A DNA stretch of 64,000 nucleotides from Paracoccaceae bacterium (GTDB lineage Bacteria; Pseudomonadota; Alphaproteobacteria; Rhodobacterales; Rhodobacteraceae), in NCBI GenBank assembly GCA_965247915.1, contig OZ252048.1:2859740-2923739 (forward strand). The letters are read 5' to 3'. The position numbers were made by a program, and so were the translations under genes. Under the pieces are notes generated by a model. The model was given only the letters and a program-made list of their open reading frames with translations. It did no database searches and had not been told where the DNA came from. Shown piece after piece: positions 29,065-39,429 of this stretch (position 1 is its first letter; every line of letters begins with the position of its first letter).

Positions 29065-32000
29065 TTGGTTGGAACATACGGGAAACATTTCAGTGAGCCT
29101 TTGAAATCTAGTGAATCCTTTGACTTAGTGGCGACTGGGGGAGGAATTGCAGGACGGGTTTTGGAAGACGATGTATTCCCGAAAGCGTCGAGTTCAGATG
29201 CACTCATCAAGAGATGCGTGTCGATTGATCTTGAGGTCGATCCAAAGACAAACAGGATTCAAAGATTTGCGGGTGTCCGCAATGGCTTGGATCGGACGTT
29301 TGTGTACCGGCGCGGCGACTTGGCGCAGGCGCTCCACTCGCTGGATCAATTTGCTGAGACCGCTGAATTTGTTCTCGCTCATAATCTAATCAACTTCGAT
29401 GCGCGCCAACTGGAGCTTGCAAAGCCCGATCTTCAACTTCTCAAGAAACCGATGATCGACACCCTTTGGCTTAACCCGCTTGCTTTTCCTCGAAACCCAT
29501 ACCACCACCTTGTGAAGCATTATCAAGACGGACGTCTGCAGACCGGCCACGTCAATGATCCCGAACTTGATGCCGAGCTTGTCCTGACGGTGTTAAGCAA
29601 CCAGATCGAGGCACTAGCCGGGATCGAAAAAGCTGATCCTGAGGTTATTCGAGCCTACCACTATCTCACAACAGTGCGATCTGATCATTCAGGCTTTGAT
29701 GCGGTTTTCGCTCATGTCCGTGGCGCTAAGCGACCGACTGCAGCTGATGCGCAAGCAGCCATTAGAGACCTCCTTCGAGAGCTTGCATGTGTACATCAAA
29801 TCGAAACCGTGATCCCAGAAGCCGAACACGATGGTTGGCCACTAGCGTACGCATTATCCTGGATCTCAGTCGCCGGTGGAGACTCGGTAATGCCTCCCTG
29901 GGTGCGACATCGGTTTCCCGGCGCAAGCCAACTGATAGGACGGCTACGGGATACTCCGTGTACGGATCCAATGTGCGCGTGGTGTCGCGCCCAGAATGAT
30001 CCGCGGGCTCTCCTCAAGACGTGGTTTGGATTTGATGGATTTCGACAAAAACCGGCTGGATCGGATGGACGTCCCCTCCAAGAGGCGATTGTGTCCTTGG
30101 CCATGGGCAAATCGCCCGTGCTGGGAATTTTGCCGACAGGTACTGGTAAGTCTGTTTGCTACCAATTGCCCGCGCTTGGACAGTTTCATAGGACCGGAGC
30201 CCTCACGGTTGTCATTTCTCCGCTTGTTGCCCTTATGGCTGACCAGGTCGAGGGAATGCGGCAACAGGGCATCACGTCGTGCGTGACCGTCAACGGTATG
30301 CTTTCTCTTCCGGAGCGTCATGACGCGCTGGACCAAGTCAGATTGGGTGAGGCTGCTTTACTGCTCATTTCTCCCGAGCAGTTAAGAAGCCCCTCTGTTC
30401 GCTCTATCCTGAAGCAACGAGAAGTAGGATACTGGGTGCTTGACGAAGCCCACTGTGTTTCAAAATGGGGGCACGATTTCCGCCCGGATTACCGATACGT
30501 CGCCCGGTTCATAAAAGAATACTCTGGCGATGGTCCTCCAGCCCCCTTGATTTGCCTCACGGCAACTGCCAAGCCGAGTGTAATCCAAGACATCACAGAG
30601 CATTTCATCACGAAGCTTGGAGTGGCTCTTGAGCTTATTGACGGCGGTGCTTTGCGGGAGAACCTCTCATTTGAGGTCATCCCGACAGATAAAGGCAAAA
30701 AGCTCGGCGACATTTTATCGGTGCTTGAACGCGCATTGCCCAGGGTAGGGTCCTCGGGAGCGATCGTGTACTGCTCTTCCCGAAGGGCTACCGAGCGCGT
30801 CGCGGACTTCTTGAAAGAAAGAGGGTTTGCCGCAGCATACTACCATGCTGGATTGAAACCCGACGAAAAGACGGTCGTGCAGCAACAGTTTGCGAACGGC
30901 GATCTTCGGGTCATTGCCGCAACGAATGCGTTCGGAATGGGGATCGACAAATCGGATATACGCCTAGTCATCCACGGTGACATCCCGGGTTCCTTGGAAA
31001 ACTACGTGCAAGAGGCCGGCCGTGCGGGGCGGGACCATGAAGATGCTCGGTGCATCCTGCTTTTCAGTCAGGATGACATCGAGCGGCAATTTAGCCTCTC
31101 GGCGCGGTCGCGTCTCACCAAACGAGAGATTTCTGCGATCTTAAAATCGCTCAGACGGCTGGATAGAAGATCAAAACAAAAAGGAGAGGTGATCGCAACG
31201 CCCGGAGAGATCGTCAAAGAGGAACTGGACCATGATTTTGAGCGGGACAGTACCACTGACGACACACGAGTAAAGACTGCTGTTTCGTGGCTTGAAGAGG
31301 CTGTGCTTCTGAAACGGGAGGAAAACCGAGTGCGCGTTTATCCATCCTCGCTTCGCGTCCGAACGCTGGACGAAGCTAAAAAGCTCATCGACGCAGCGTA
31401 CGGATCCGATGGATACCGATTAAAGCTTCTCTCTTTAGTGCGAAGTTTGATTAGTGCACCACCCGACAAAGGCATTTCAACAGACGAGTTATGCGGACAG
31501 GCTGGATTTTCTCCGGGGCAACTCAGAAAAGCCCTAAATGACCTTGAAGCATTGGGTGTCGCTTCGAACGACACAGCGATTACTATCTTCGTTCACATCG
31601 GGGTTGAAGATTCTTCGAAAAAGCGGCTCGTCGACGCGGCTGGCCTAGAACACGATCTGATCGCCAAGTTGCGCGAGTTTGCGCCCGATCTAGAGCTCGA
31701 AAACGCAGCAACGCTGAATTTGAAGATCGCCTCGCAAGAACTGCGAGACATGGGTCATACAACAGTTCGACCAGATATTGTAGATCGCCTGGTGCGCGGC
31801 ATCGCAAGGGATGGGCGAGATGAGGCCCACGGTGTCGGCAGTCTTCAAATTCGGAAAATCGACCGGGAGCATCTTTCGCTACGATTGCAACGAAATTGGG
31901 ACAAGCTTGCTCTGACCGCAGATCTCCGGCGCAAAGCTGGCAGTGTTTTACTTTCTTCCTTACTCGCGGCCGCACCAAAGCAATCACGCGGCAAAGATAT

Positions 32001-34287
32001 TCAGGTTCAAACAACGCTAGGCGCTCTTATGGCGTCGCTCGCCGGTGATCTGGAACTGAGCCGTGAGATCACCGATCCTTCAAAACTTCTTGATCGAGCA
32101 CTTCTTTGGCTTCATGAGCAAGGTGTCGTAACACTCGGAAAAGGGCTCACAATATTTCGTCCCGCCATTACCGTCCATTTGGAACCAGATAATCGTCCGT
32201 TCACGAAAACTGATTTCCAACCTTTGCAACAGCACTACGACGAACAAGTGCTTCAAACACATATTATGGCGACCTATGCTGAGCGAGGCTTGGGCTCGAT
32301 GCAGGAGGCACTTCAGCTCAACGAGGATTATTTTACATTTGATCGACAGAATTTTGTGGAAAAGTGGTTGCCTGGACGTCTTGCGGAACTCCGACGACAG
32401 ACAACGCCAGAGTCTTGGGGATTGATCGTTGAGGCACTTCAAAATCCCAATCAGTCTCGGATCGTTGCAGACGACAGAGAGCAAACAAACGTGTTGGTAC
32501 TAGCTGGACCGGGGTCCGGAAAGACACGCGTTCTGGTACATCGGATAGCATATCTCATTCGCGTTCGCCGCGAAAATCCACGGGGGATCTTGGCTTTAGT
32601 CTACAACCGGCACGCAGCAACTGAAATCCGCAATAGGCTTTTCGACCTAATTGGAGAAGACGCGCGCGGCGTGACAATTTCCACTTGCCACGGGCTAGCA
32701 ATGCGAATGGTGGGGGCAAGCTTTGCTAAACAGGCCGAAAAAGTTAACTCCGATGACTTCGACAAAATAATGGGGCAGGCCGTTTCACTTCTGCGAGGAG
32801 AAGGTTTGGCGCGCGACGAGGCCGAAGCGCAGCACGATACGCTTATTGAGGGCTATCGTTGGATCCTGGTGGACGAATATCAGGACATTGGCCCGGAAGA
32901 GTACGATTTAATTGAAGCAGTTGCAGGGCGATCGGTAGAAGACGAAGACAGACGCCTCAGTCTATTTGCAGTCGGTGATGACGATCAGAATATTTATACC
33001 TTCACCGGGGCTTCTGTAGAGTTCATCCGGCGCTTCGAAGAAGATTATAAAGCGCAACCGACACATCTTGTTGAGAATTATCGATCGACGGCCAATATCA
33101 TTAATGCCGCAAACCGCGTTATCGCGCCCGCAGCTGAGCGCATGAAATCTGGTCACGACATCACAGTAAACCGAACGCGAAAAAACGATCTTCCAGGCGG
33201 CGCCTTGGAGCAACTTGATACGATCGGGCGCGGGCGTGTGCAGGCGCTTGGCGATGCCGAGAACGAATTTGTCCAGGCTGTACTTGCCGTCGAAGAGTTA
33301 ATTCGCCTTTCGAAGGTCGCATCCGACTGGAATTGGGCTAAAACAGCGGTGATCGCGCGTGATTGGAAATATTTGCAACCGGTTCGGAGTTACTGTGAGG
33401 CTCGCGGAATCCCTGTTCAGATGGCCAATTCGGATCCGCCCAACTTCTGGCGGCTTCGCGAAACCCAGAAGCTTGTGAAATGGCTCAAGGAACGCAAGCG
33501 AGCCGGTTTGCATGTTTCCGAACTTGCCGACTGGATGGAAGCTCAGCCAACAGGCCCTTGGTGGGCAGTGCTGCGAGAAGGCGTCGAAGATTTTGTGAAA
33601 GAGCTGGGCAACCGCGAAACGGATCGCAAAGACGTCCTGGAGTGGCTGGCAGAGTGGGGACGTGACGCCCGAAAACGTCAAAGTGGGTTGATGCTCCTCT
33701 CCGCACACAGGGCGAAGGGTCTTGAGTTTGATGATGTTATTGTGCTCGACGGCGGTTGGGATCGCCTGTCTCGTGTTGAAGATCGCGATGCGGCGCGGCG
33801 TCTTTATTACGTTGCGATGACCAGAGCGCGCAGAAGCCTCGCTTTACTGTCAATGGGACGAAAACACCCGATCCTCGAAAACCTTAACGACGAAGCTTTT
33901 ATGATCCGCTCCAGGACCAAAGATGGGATTGGCGTTTCTGACTGCAACAAAGTCTACCAGACTTTGGACCCCTCGGATGTGTATCTAAGCTTTGCTGGGC
34001 GGCTTAGCGCCGGGAGTCCATCCTTTGTTGCATTGGATCGCCTGAATGCTGGCGATCGGTTGTTCTTAAAAAAAAGTGGCGATCGGTGGGTTTTGACCGA
34101 TGACGATGGTGCCGTCGTCTGCCCGCTGGCGAAGCAGTATTCTCCGCCGCCTGGCGCGAAATTCTTTCAAGGGAGCGTCTACGCAGTCACCAAACGTTTT
34201 CGCAATGACTCCGCTGAAGAGTATCGCGAACAGTTGAAACGAGACGAATGGAGCGTGGTACTTCCTGAGCTCGTGTTCCGGGCCTAG
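29065..34287 (+). CDS. Multidomain fusion: DEDDh-type 3'-5' exonuclease + RecQ-family SF2 helicase + UvrD/Rep-type SF1 helicase + unassigned C-terminal module
   Basis: 1740-aa ORF.
- Exonuclease motifs: SIDLEV (D55/E57), HNLINFD, GHVNDPELD.
- RecQ motifs: LPTGTGKS (K362), DEAH (460-463), CLTATA, QEAGRAGRD.
- UvrD motifs: AGPGSGKT (K1153), VDEYQD (1270), ENYRS, HRAKGLEFD, YVAMTRAR.

The start codon is uncertain: TTG at 29065, with no in-frame ATG for more than 130 codons. Confidence 0.8.
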   Translation: MVGTYGKHFSEPLKSSESFDLVATGGGIAGRVLEDDVFPKASSSDALIKRCVSIDLEVDPKTNRIQRFAGVRNGLDRTFVYRRGDLAQALHSLDQFAETAEFVLAHNLINFDARQLELAKPDLQLLKKPMIDTLWLNPLAFPRNPYHHLVKHYQDGRLQTGHVNDPELDAELVLTVLSNQIEALAGIEKADPEVIRAYHYLTTVRSDHSGFDAVFAHVRGAKRPTAADAQAAIRDLLRELACVHQIETVIPEAEHDGWPLAYALSWISVAGGDSVMPPWVRHRFPGASQLIGRLRDTPCTDPMCAWCRAQNDPRALLKTWFGFDGFRQKPAGSDGRPLQEAIVSLAMGKSPVLGILPTGTGKSVCYQLPALGQFHRTGALTVVISPLVALMADQVEGMRQQGITSCVTVNGMLSLPERHDALDQVRLGEAALLLISPEQLRSPSVRSILKQREVGYWVLDEAHCVSKWGHDFRPDYRYVARFIKEYSGDGPPAPLICLTATAKPSVIQDITEHFITKLGVALELIDGGALRENLSFEVIPTDKGKKLGDILSVLERALPRVGSSGAIVYCSSRRATERVADFLKERGFAAAYYHAGLKPDEKTVVQQQFANGDLRVIAATNAFGMGIDKSDIRLVIHGDIPGSLENYVQEAGRAGRDHEDARCILLFSQDDIERQFSLSARSRLTKREISAILKSLRRLDRRSKQKGEVIATPGEIVKEELDHDFERDSTTDDTRVKTAVSWLEEAVLLKREENRVRVYPSSLRVRTLDEAKKLIDAAYGSDGYRLKLLSLVRSLISAPPDKGISTDELCGQAGFSPGQLRKALNDLEALGVASNDTAITIFVHIGVEDSSKKRLVDAAGLEHDLIAKLREFAPDLELENAATLNLKIASQELRDMGHTTVRPDIVDRLVRGIARDGRDEAHGVGSLQIRKIDREHLSLRLQRNWDKLALTADLRRKAGSVLLSSLLAAAPKQSRGKDIQVQTTLGALMASLAGDLELSREITDPSKLLDRALLWLHEQGVVTLGKGLTIFRPAITVHLEPDNRPFTKTDFQPLQQHYDEQVLQTHIMATYAERGLGSMQEALQLNEDYFTFDRQNFVEKWLPGRLAELRRQTTPESWGLIVEALQNPNQSRIVADDREQTNVLVLAGPGSGKTRVLVHRIAYLIRVRRENPRGILALVYNRHAATEIRNRLFDLIGEDARGVTISTCHGLAMRMVGASFAKQAEKVNSDDFDKIMGQAVSLLRGEGLARDEAEAQHDTLIEGYRWILVDEYQDIGPEEYDLIEAVAGRSVEDEDRRLSLFAVGDDDQNIYTFTGASVEFIRRFEEDYKAQPTHLVENYRSTANIINAANRVIAPAAERMKSGHDITVNRTRKNDLPGGALEQLDTIGRGRVQALGDAENEFVQAVLAVEELIRLSKVASDWNWAKTAVIARDWKYLQPVRSYCEARGIPVQMANSDPPNFWRLRETQKLVKWLKERKRAGLHVSELADWMEAQPTGPWWAVLREGVEDFVKELGNRETDRKDVLEWLAEWGRDARKRQSGLMLLSAHRAKGLEFDDVIVLDGGWDRLSRVEDRDAARRLYYVAMTRARRSLALLSMGRKHPILENLNDEAFMIRSRTKDGIGVSDCNKVYQTLDPSDVYLSFAGRLSAGSPSFVALDRLNAGDRLFLKKSGDRWVLTDDDGAVVCPLAKQYSPPPGAKFFQGSVYAVTKRFRNDSAEEYREQLKRDEWSVVLPELVFRA

Positions 34288-34675
34288 TTGACCGTCAGGG
34301 CTGATCCCTGAGCCGCAAGACGTAGATGTAAATGGGAATTGGTACTGGCCATTGGGGTGATGGGGAAAGTATCGTGGCGATGAGCCTATCAACCCAGATA
34401 GTTTCGACCTCCGTTTCGCGCGGCATCATTTTCGAGTGCGTTGCTGATCTTTTGGTCGGCAGTAGCCTGTTGAAAACAGCTTTACCAAACCGGAGGCCGG
34501 ATTTCATTTGCGGTCTCAGGGGCAGATTGGGAATTGGGAGGTCATCAATGGCGTTTGATTATGTGGGAGAAATCTCCCAGTTTCTGCGAGATCGACTGAC
34601 CTGCTCCCCGAAAACTGGTCCATTTGAAAGGAGGATCTGTTCGCTTAATGTTCACGAGAACGAGGAGAACAGAGA

Positions 34676-34942
34676 ATGCGCAAGTCACGGTTTAGCGAAG
34701 AGCAGATTGTTCGGATCATTCAGGAGTATGCGGCGGGTGCGAAAGTGTCCGAGTTGTGCCGTAAGCACGGTATGTCGGATGCCACCTTTTACAAATGGAA
34801 AGCCAGGTATGGCGGCCTTCAGATTTCCGATGTCAGGCGGCTGAAAGACCTGGAATCGGAGAACGGCAAGCTGAAGAAGCTGCTGGCCGAAACCATGCTT
34901 GATAATGCTGGCCTGAAAGGGCTTCTGGCAAAAAACTTCTGA
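34676..34942 (+). CDS. IS3-family transposase OrfA
   Basis: Identical to the 88-aa OrfA of copy 1. Confidence 0.85.
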   Translation: MRKSRFSEEQIVRIIQEYAAGAKVSELCRKHGMSDATFYKWKARYGGLQISDVRRLKDLESENGKLKKLLAETMLDNAGLKGLLAKNF

Positions 34943-34968
34943 AGCCTGCAAGCCGCCGGGAAGCAGTC

Positions 34969-35835
34969 ATGGTTCTTTGCCGTGACTATCAGTTTTCAAC
35001 TCGGCGGGCCTGTGGGCTGATTGGGTTTTCCAGATCGAGTAATGAATACAGAGGAAGGCCGGATCGCCATGCGAGGATACGGGAACGGCTGGTCACGCTT
35101 TCCGGCAAACACCGACGCTATGGCTATCGCATGTTGCATGCCAAGCTTGGCCAGGAGGGTTTCAAGGTGAACGTGAAAGTGGTGGAGCGACTTTACCGAG
35201 AGGAGCGCCTGACCCTGCGCCGCCGCAATCGCAAGAAAATCCCCAAGGGCGTGCGCGAAGGCGCCTGGTGCCCGATCGCCGCCAACCAGCGGTGGAGCCT
35301 GGACTTCACCATGGATGCGCTCGCCAACGGCAGGAAGTTCCGCACCGTCAATCTGAAAGACGACTGCACACGGGAATGTCCGGCGATTGATGTGGCCCTG
35401 TCGATCCCCGGCTCCCGCGTGGTGGAAATGCTGGAACGGGTGGCTCGTGAGCGGGGGTACCCGGATGTTCTGACCGTTGACAATGGGCCTGAACTACGAG
35501 GCCGCGCGCTTGATGGCTGGGCAGATGATCACGGCGTGCAGCTCTACTTCATCGACCCGGGCAAGCCGACCCAGAACGCCTACATCGAAAGTTTCAACGG
35601 CCGGTTTCGCGAAGAATGCCTGAACTTGAACTGGTTCACCTCGCTGGCCGAGGCAGAAAGGATCATCGAGGACTGGCGGATCGATTACAATCAAAACCGG
35701 CCCCACTCTTCGCTGAACTATCAAACCCCGGAAGAATTTGCCGCAAACAGGCCTTTCCATAAACCGCAATGGGCAGCGACGCTTGAGCTATCTGAAGGCT
35801 CCGCGCCACCGCCCATTGCTCACGCCGCCGAATAA
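34969..35835 (+). CDS. IS3-family transposase OrfB
   Basis: 288-aa ORF, one substitution relative to copy 1. Confidence 0.85.
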   Translation: MVLCRDYQFSTRRACGLIGFSRSSNEYRGRPDRHARIRERLVTLSGKHRRYGYRMLHAKLGQEGFKVNVKVVERLYREERLTLRRRNRKKIPKGVREGAWCPIAANQRWSLDFTMDALANGRKFRTVNLKDDCTRECPAIDVALSIPGSRVVEMLERVARERGYPDVLTVDNGPELRGRALDGWADDHGVQLYFIDPGKPTQNAYIESFNGRFREECLNLNWFTSLAEAERIIEDWRIDYNQNRPHSSLNYQTPEEFAANRPFHKPQWAATLELSEGSAPPPIAHAAE

Positions 35836-36045
35836 TGGCAAACAAAAGAGGAACAGAGTCTACCTAAAAGTGGCCCTCAAATTGGGGGCAGGTCAACTAC
35901 TTGAGACATGCCGGAAGTGTAGCGAAAGTCAGATTTCGGCCAGCCGCTGTCCTGTGTCAAGTAACCAATCCACGTGCGATTGCATCGTAATTCATCTGCA
36001 AACGGTTCTCCAGCTAAGCATTAACAATACCAGCTGTTTTGACCC

Positions 36046-36975
36046 TCAACCGTCAACTTCGAATCCCTGAAGGACCACGCCTCCGACAATCAAAGCCATG
36101 CCAAAAACTTGTAGCATCGCTACGTGTTCGGCCAATAAAATTGCAGCCAGCAAAACCGCGAGTGCTGGTTCCAGAGTCGCGATGACGCTCGCCTGGCCAG
36201 CCTGTAGATAGGTCAGCGCGACTACAAATAGACCGTAGCCGAACAGTGTTGGAACCACAGTAATGGCCAAAATAAATCCCCAGGCCGCTGGCTCCATATC
36301 TAACCGCAATTGTGCGGTTACCAACATGTAGGCCAAAAGAAACACTGCCCCTACACCAAACGAATAAAATACCGTTGTCCAGGAATCATAAACCCCTAGA
36401 ACCCGCTTACTCAGTATCGTGTAAACCACTTTGGTCAGGCTTGCTCCCAGGCCAAAGAACACACCCCAGAACGTCAAGTCAGACCCCGCAACGTCCCATC
36501 CACCGACAGCCAGAAAACATCCCGTGACGGTAAGTAGAATTACAATACCTTTTAGAAGGGTGAATTTTTCACCCAGAAAGAACACCGCCGCGATCACGAC
36601 AAATGCGGGAAAGGTAAAGAGCAGCGCTATCGTCACCGTCACGCTCGTGTATTCGAGGGCGACAAAAAATGCTGCATAGTTCAGCGCGACACCAACAAAC
36701 CCAATACCCAGAAAACTGCCCCAGTGTTCTCGCTTCAGTGGCGGAATGCGGCCCCGGAGAACAGCAAGAACTGCTCCAACGATGAGAAAGGCGAGAACGC
36801 TGCGAATGGCGACAAGGTTCATCGATTGGACACCCAGCTCATAGGCCATTTTCGCGAATATGCCCATTGAAGAGAATGCAATCGCCGACATGATCGCGGC
36901 AACCACGCCCGTTGGGTTTAGGTTCGTCTTTGGGGCCTGGGTAGATAGTCTAGGTTCAGTCATGGCAAGTACCAT
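36046..36975 (-). CDS. DMT-superfamily (EamA-like) transporter
   Basis: 309-aa ORF with about 10 hydrophobic segments and a duplicated EamA-like pattern. Confidence 0.7.
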   Translation of the reverse strand: MVLAMTEPRLSTQAPKTNLNPTGVVAAIMSAIAFSSMGIFAKMAYELGVQSMNLVAIRSVLAFLIVGAVLAVLRGRIPPLKREHWGSFLGIGFVGVALNYAAFFVALEYTSVTVTIALLFTFPAFVVIAAVFFLGEKFTLLKGIVILLTVTGCFLAVGGWDVAGSDLTFWGVFFGLGASLTKVVYTILSKRVLGVYDSWTTVFYSFGVGAVFLLAYMLVTAQLRLDMEPAAWGFILAITVVPTLFGYGLFVVALTYLQAGQASVIATLEPALAVLLAAILLAEHVAMLQVFGMALIVGGVVLQGFEVDG

Positions 36976-37737
36976 TTAGGGTTCTTGCAACCGGATAGCT
37001 TTGTTTCTGTAATCCAACGCAATAGCTGCCCATGATCGGTTCGAGCAATTGCGCCAGTTTTTTTTCTTCGGTCGTAGTGGCATCCAATCGCTCCATCGCG
37101 GTTTCCACGCGGCCCCGCATGGCGGCAAAGTCGAAATCGACAAATTCGCGGTTTTGCAACACGATCCGCCCGTTGATCATCACTGTATCGACGGCGGTGC
37201 TGTCTTCGCAGTGGATGATCTGATGTACGGGGTTGTTTAGTGGAATATAGTTCACGTTGCCCAGATCAAGGAACACGATGTCAGCCAGAAACCCAGGTTT
37301 GATTTGCCCCAGCTCATGGTCGCGCCCGATCAGTTTGGCGCTGCCTTGAGTGCCCATCATCAGCGCCTCTTGTGCGGAAATCCAGCGGGTCATATCCATA
37401 TCAGCAATACGTGAAACATTGGCTGCCAGACGCAACGCATCAAACATGTTCTGGTGGTCCGACGCGTTCGAACCATCTGTACCGACGCCAACAGTCACAC
37501 CCGCATCCAGAAACTGCCGCACGGGTGCGACACCAGCCCCGATATGCATGTTACAGCCCGGTTGATGGGTGATGCCCGATCCTGTGTCTGCCATCAGTCG
37601 AATGTCGTCATCGGTCAGCCATACACAATGCGCGCCCACAAAATCGGGTCCAAGCAGACCCAGTTCGTGCAGATGAGCGGTTTGGGACTTGCCATAGATT
37701 TCGACGCCCTTCAGCGCCTGTATTTTCGATTCAGACA
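36956..37737 (-). pseudogene. Metal-dependent amidohydrolase (cytosine/guanine deaminase-like), N-terminus removed by IS5 copy C
   Basis: Only the C-terminal half is present (...HCVWLTDDDI...GVGTDGSNASD...). The apparent MQQ start is encoded by the IS terminus ATGCAACAACGCC. Confidence 0.65.
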
Positions 37738-38196
37738 GGCGTTGTTGCATGGATCAGACAATAGTCGCAAGCCGCCCTTACCCGTGATACAGGCTATGAG
37801 ATTTGTTTGAACACGGGTCGGCCGAGTTCGGTCATTTTGTTGAGAATGGCGACGCCGATTTTGGCCTCCGTTTGCTGATTTTCGAAACAGCGGGCTTTCA
37901 GTTTTGGCCCGATAATAGCCTTCCAGCGCCCCATCTGTGTCTCAATTCTACTGCGCTGATTGTAGCCACTGCCAGATTGCCAGGCCATGCGGCCATGAGT
38001 TTGAATTTTAACAATATGTCGGTCTCGAAGTGAGGGAAAACACTTGGATTGCGGGCTTGGAATGGCGTTCTTCGGTGGAGGAATAATGATTTCAACCGCC
38101 TCGCCAAATCGTGCCTTAAGCAAGTCACTGGTCGGTGCGCCGTCGTAGGCACCGTCCGCTATAAACCGGGAGACCGGAGTGCCAATCTGATTTAAT

Positions 38197-39429
38197 TGTA
38201 TTAGTTCCGATTTGATCTGACACCGCCCCCAATCTTTTAGATTGAATTGGGGGCGGTGCATCTCTTGAAAGAGACTGCGGTTATCCGTTTTGATGGTGGT
38301 GCAAACCAAACCACAAAACGAGGAAACCACGATGTTGAATACTACAGACAAGATCATCAAACACAAAGTCGGCTTGCTGAACCTGGCCGACGAATTGGGT
38401 AATGTGTCCAAAGCCTGTCAGGTCATGGGCATGTCGCGGGATACATTCTATCGCTATAAATCAGCCGTCGATGATGGCGGCGTTGAAGCTCTTTTTGAAC
38501 GCACCCGGCGCAAGCCCAATCTGGCCAACCGGGTGGACGAGGCGACCGAACAGGCGGTCATAAAATCGGCCACGGACTTCCCGGCCTACGGTCAGGCCCG
38601 CACCTCCAATGAGCTGCGCAAGCTGGGGGTCTTCGTCTCGCCCTCCGGCGTGCGATCCATCTGGTTGCGGCATGATCTGGCGAACTTCAAAACCCGCCTG
38701 AAGGCGCTGGAAGCCAAGGTGGCAGAGGAAGGTGGCATTCTTACCGAAGCTCAGGTTCAGGCCCTTGAGAAGAAGAAGCTGGACGATGAAGCCTGTGGCG
38801 AGATTGAGACCGCGCACCCTGGCTATCTGGGCTCTCAGGACACGTTCTATGTTGGCACTCTCAAGGGTGTCGGGCGGGTCTATCAGCAGACCTATGTGGA
38901 CACCTATTGCAAGGTGGCACATGCCAAGCTCTACACCACCAAAACGCCGATAACTGCGGCTGATCTGCTCAACGATCGGGTGCTGCCTTTCCATGAGGAA
39001 CACGACCTTCCGGTGCTGCGCATTCTGACCGACCGCGGAACCGAATACTGCGGCCGGGTCGACAAACACGACTACCAGCTCTTCCTGGCAATCAACGACA
39101 TTGACCACACCAAGACCAAGGTTAAATCGCCCCAAACCAACGGGATTTGCGAACGCTTCCACAAAACAATCCTGCAGGAGTTTTATCAGATCACATTCCG
39201 CAAGAAGCTCTACGAAACTGTCGAAGCCTTGCAGGCCGATCTGGATCAATGGATCGACTTCTACAACACCGAACGAACTCATCAGGGCAAAATGTGTTGC
39301 GGTCGCACCCCAATTGAGACCATGATCGAGGGCAAGAAGATTTGGAAGGAAAAGTTCGTGAACTGAATGTGACCTGACAAATGCCGCCTGAAAAACGCGT
39401 AACTGTCAGATCAAGTCTGAACCACTACA
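38197..39429 (+). mobile_element. IS481-family element, copy 1, 1233 bp, nested in IS5 copy C
   Basis: IRs are TGTATTAGTTCCGATTTGATCTGACA and TGTCAGATCAAGTCTGAACCACTACA. It is flanked by the direct repeat ATTTAAT (38190-38196 and 39430-39436). The uninterrupted copies read CTGATTTAATAGATC. Confidence 0.85.
38290..39366 (+). CDS. IS481-family transposase
   Basis: 358-aa ORF with an rve core (...TDRGTEYCG...SPQTNGICERFHKT...). The probable true start is MLNTTDKII at 38332. Confidence 0.85.
   Translation: MMVVQTKPQNEETTMLNTTDKIIKHKVGLLNLADELGNVSKACQVMGMSRDTFYRYKSAVDDGGVEALFERTRRKPNLANRVDEATEQAVIKSATDFPAYGQARTSNELRKLGVFVSPSGVRSIWLRHDLANFKTRLKALEAKVAEEGGILTEAQVQALEKKKLDDEACGEIETAHPGYLGSQDTFYVGTLKGVGRVYQQTYVDTYCKVAHAKLYTTKTPITAADLLNDRVLPFHEEHDLPVLRILTDRGTEYCGRVDKHDYQLFLAINDIDHTKTKVKSPQTNGICERFHKTILQEFYQITFRKKLYETVEALQADLDQWIDFYNTERTHQGKMCCGRTPIETMIEGKKIWKEKFVN

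Larger units (their letters stand above)
34597..35895 (+). mobile_element. IS3-family (IS407-group) element, copy 2, 1299 bp, inverted relative to copy 1
   Basis: Same termini as copy 1. The flanks (..GATCGAC / ACTACTT..) show no 4-bp duplication. OrfB differs from copy 1 by one residue (R vs H). Confidence 0.85.

Noticed and set aside
34332-34844. 170-aa + strand ORF downstream of the helicase
   Set aside because: It runs across the IS407-group left end into the IS, so it is a chance open frame. The same tail appears antisense at 27705..28016.
38461-39282. 273-aa minus-strand ORF inside the IS481 element (duplicated at 44831..45652)
   Set aside because: It is antisense to a transposase with clear integrase-core motifs, and no independent signal supports it.
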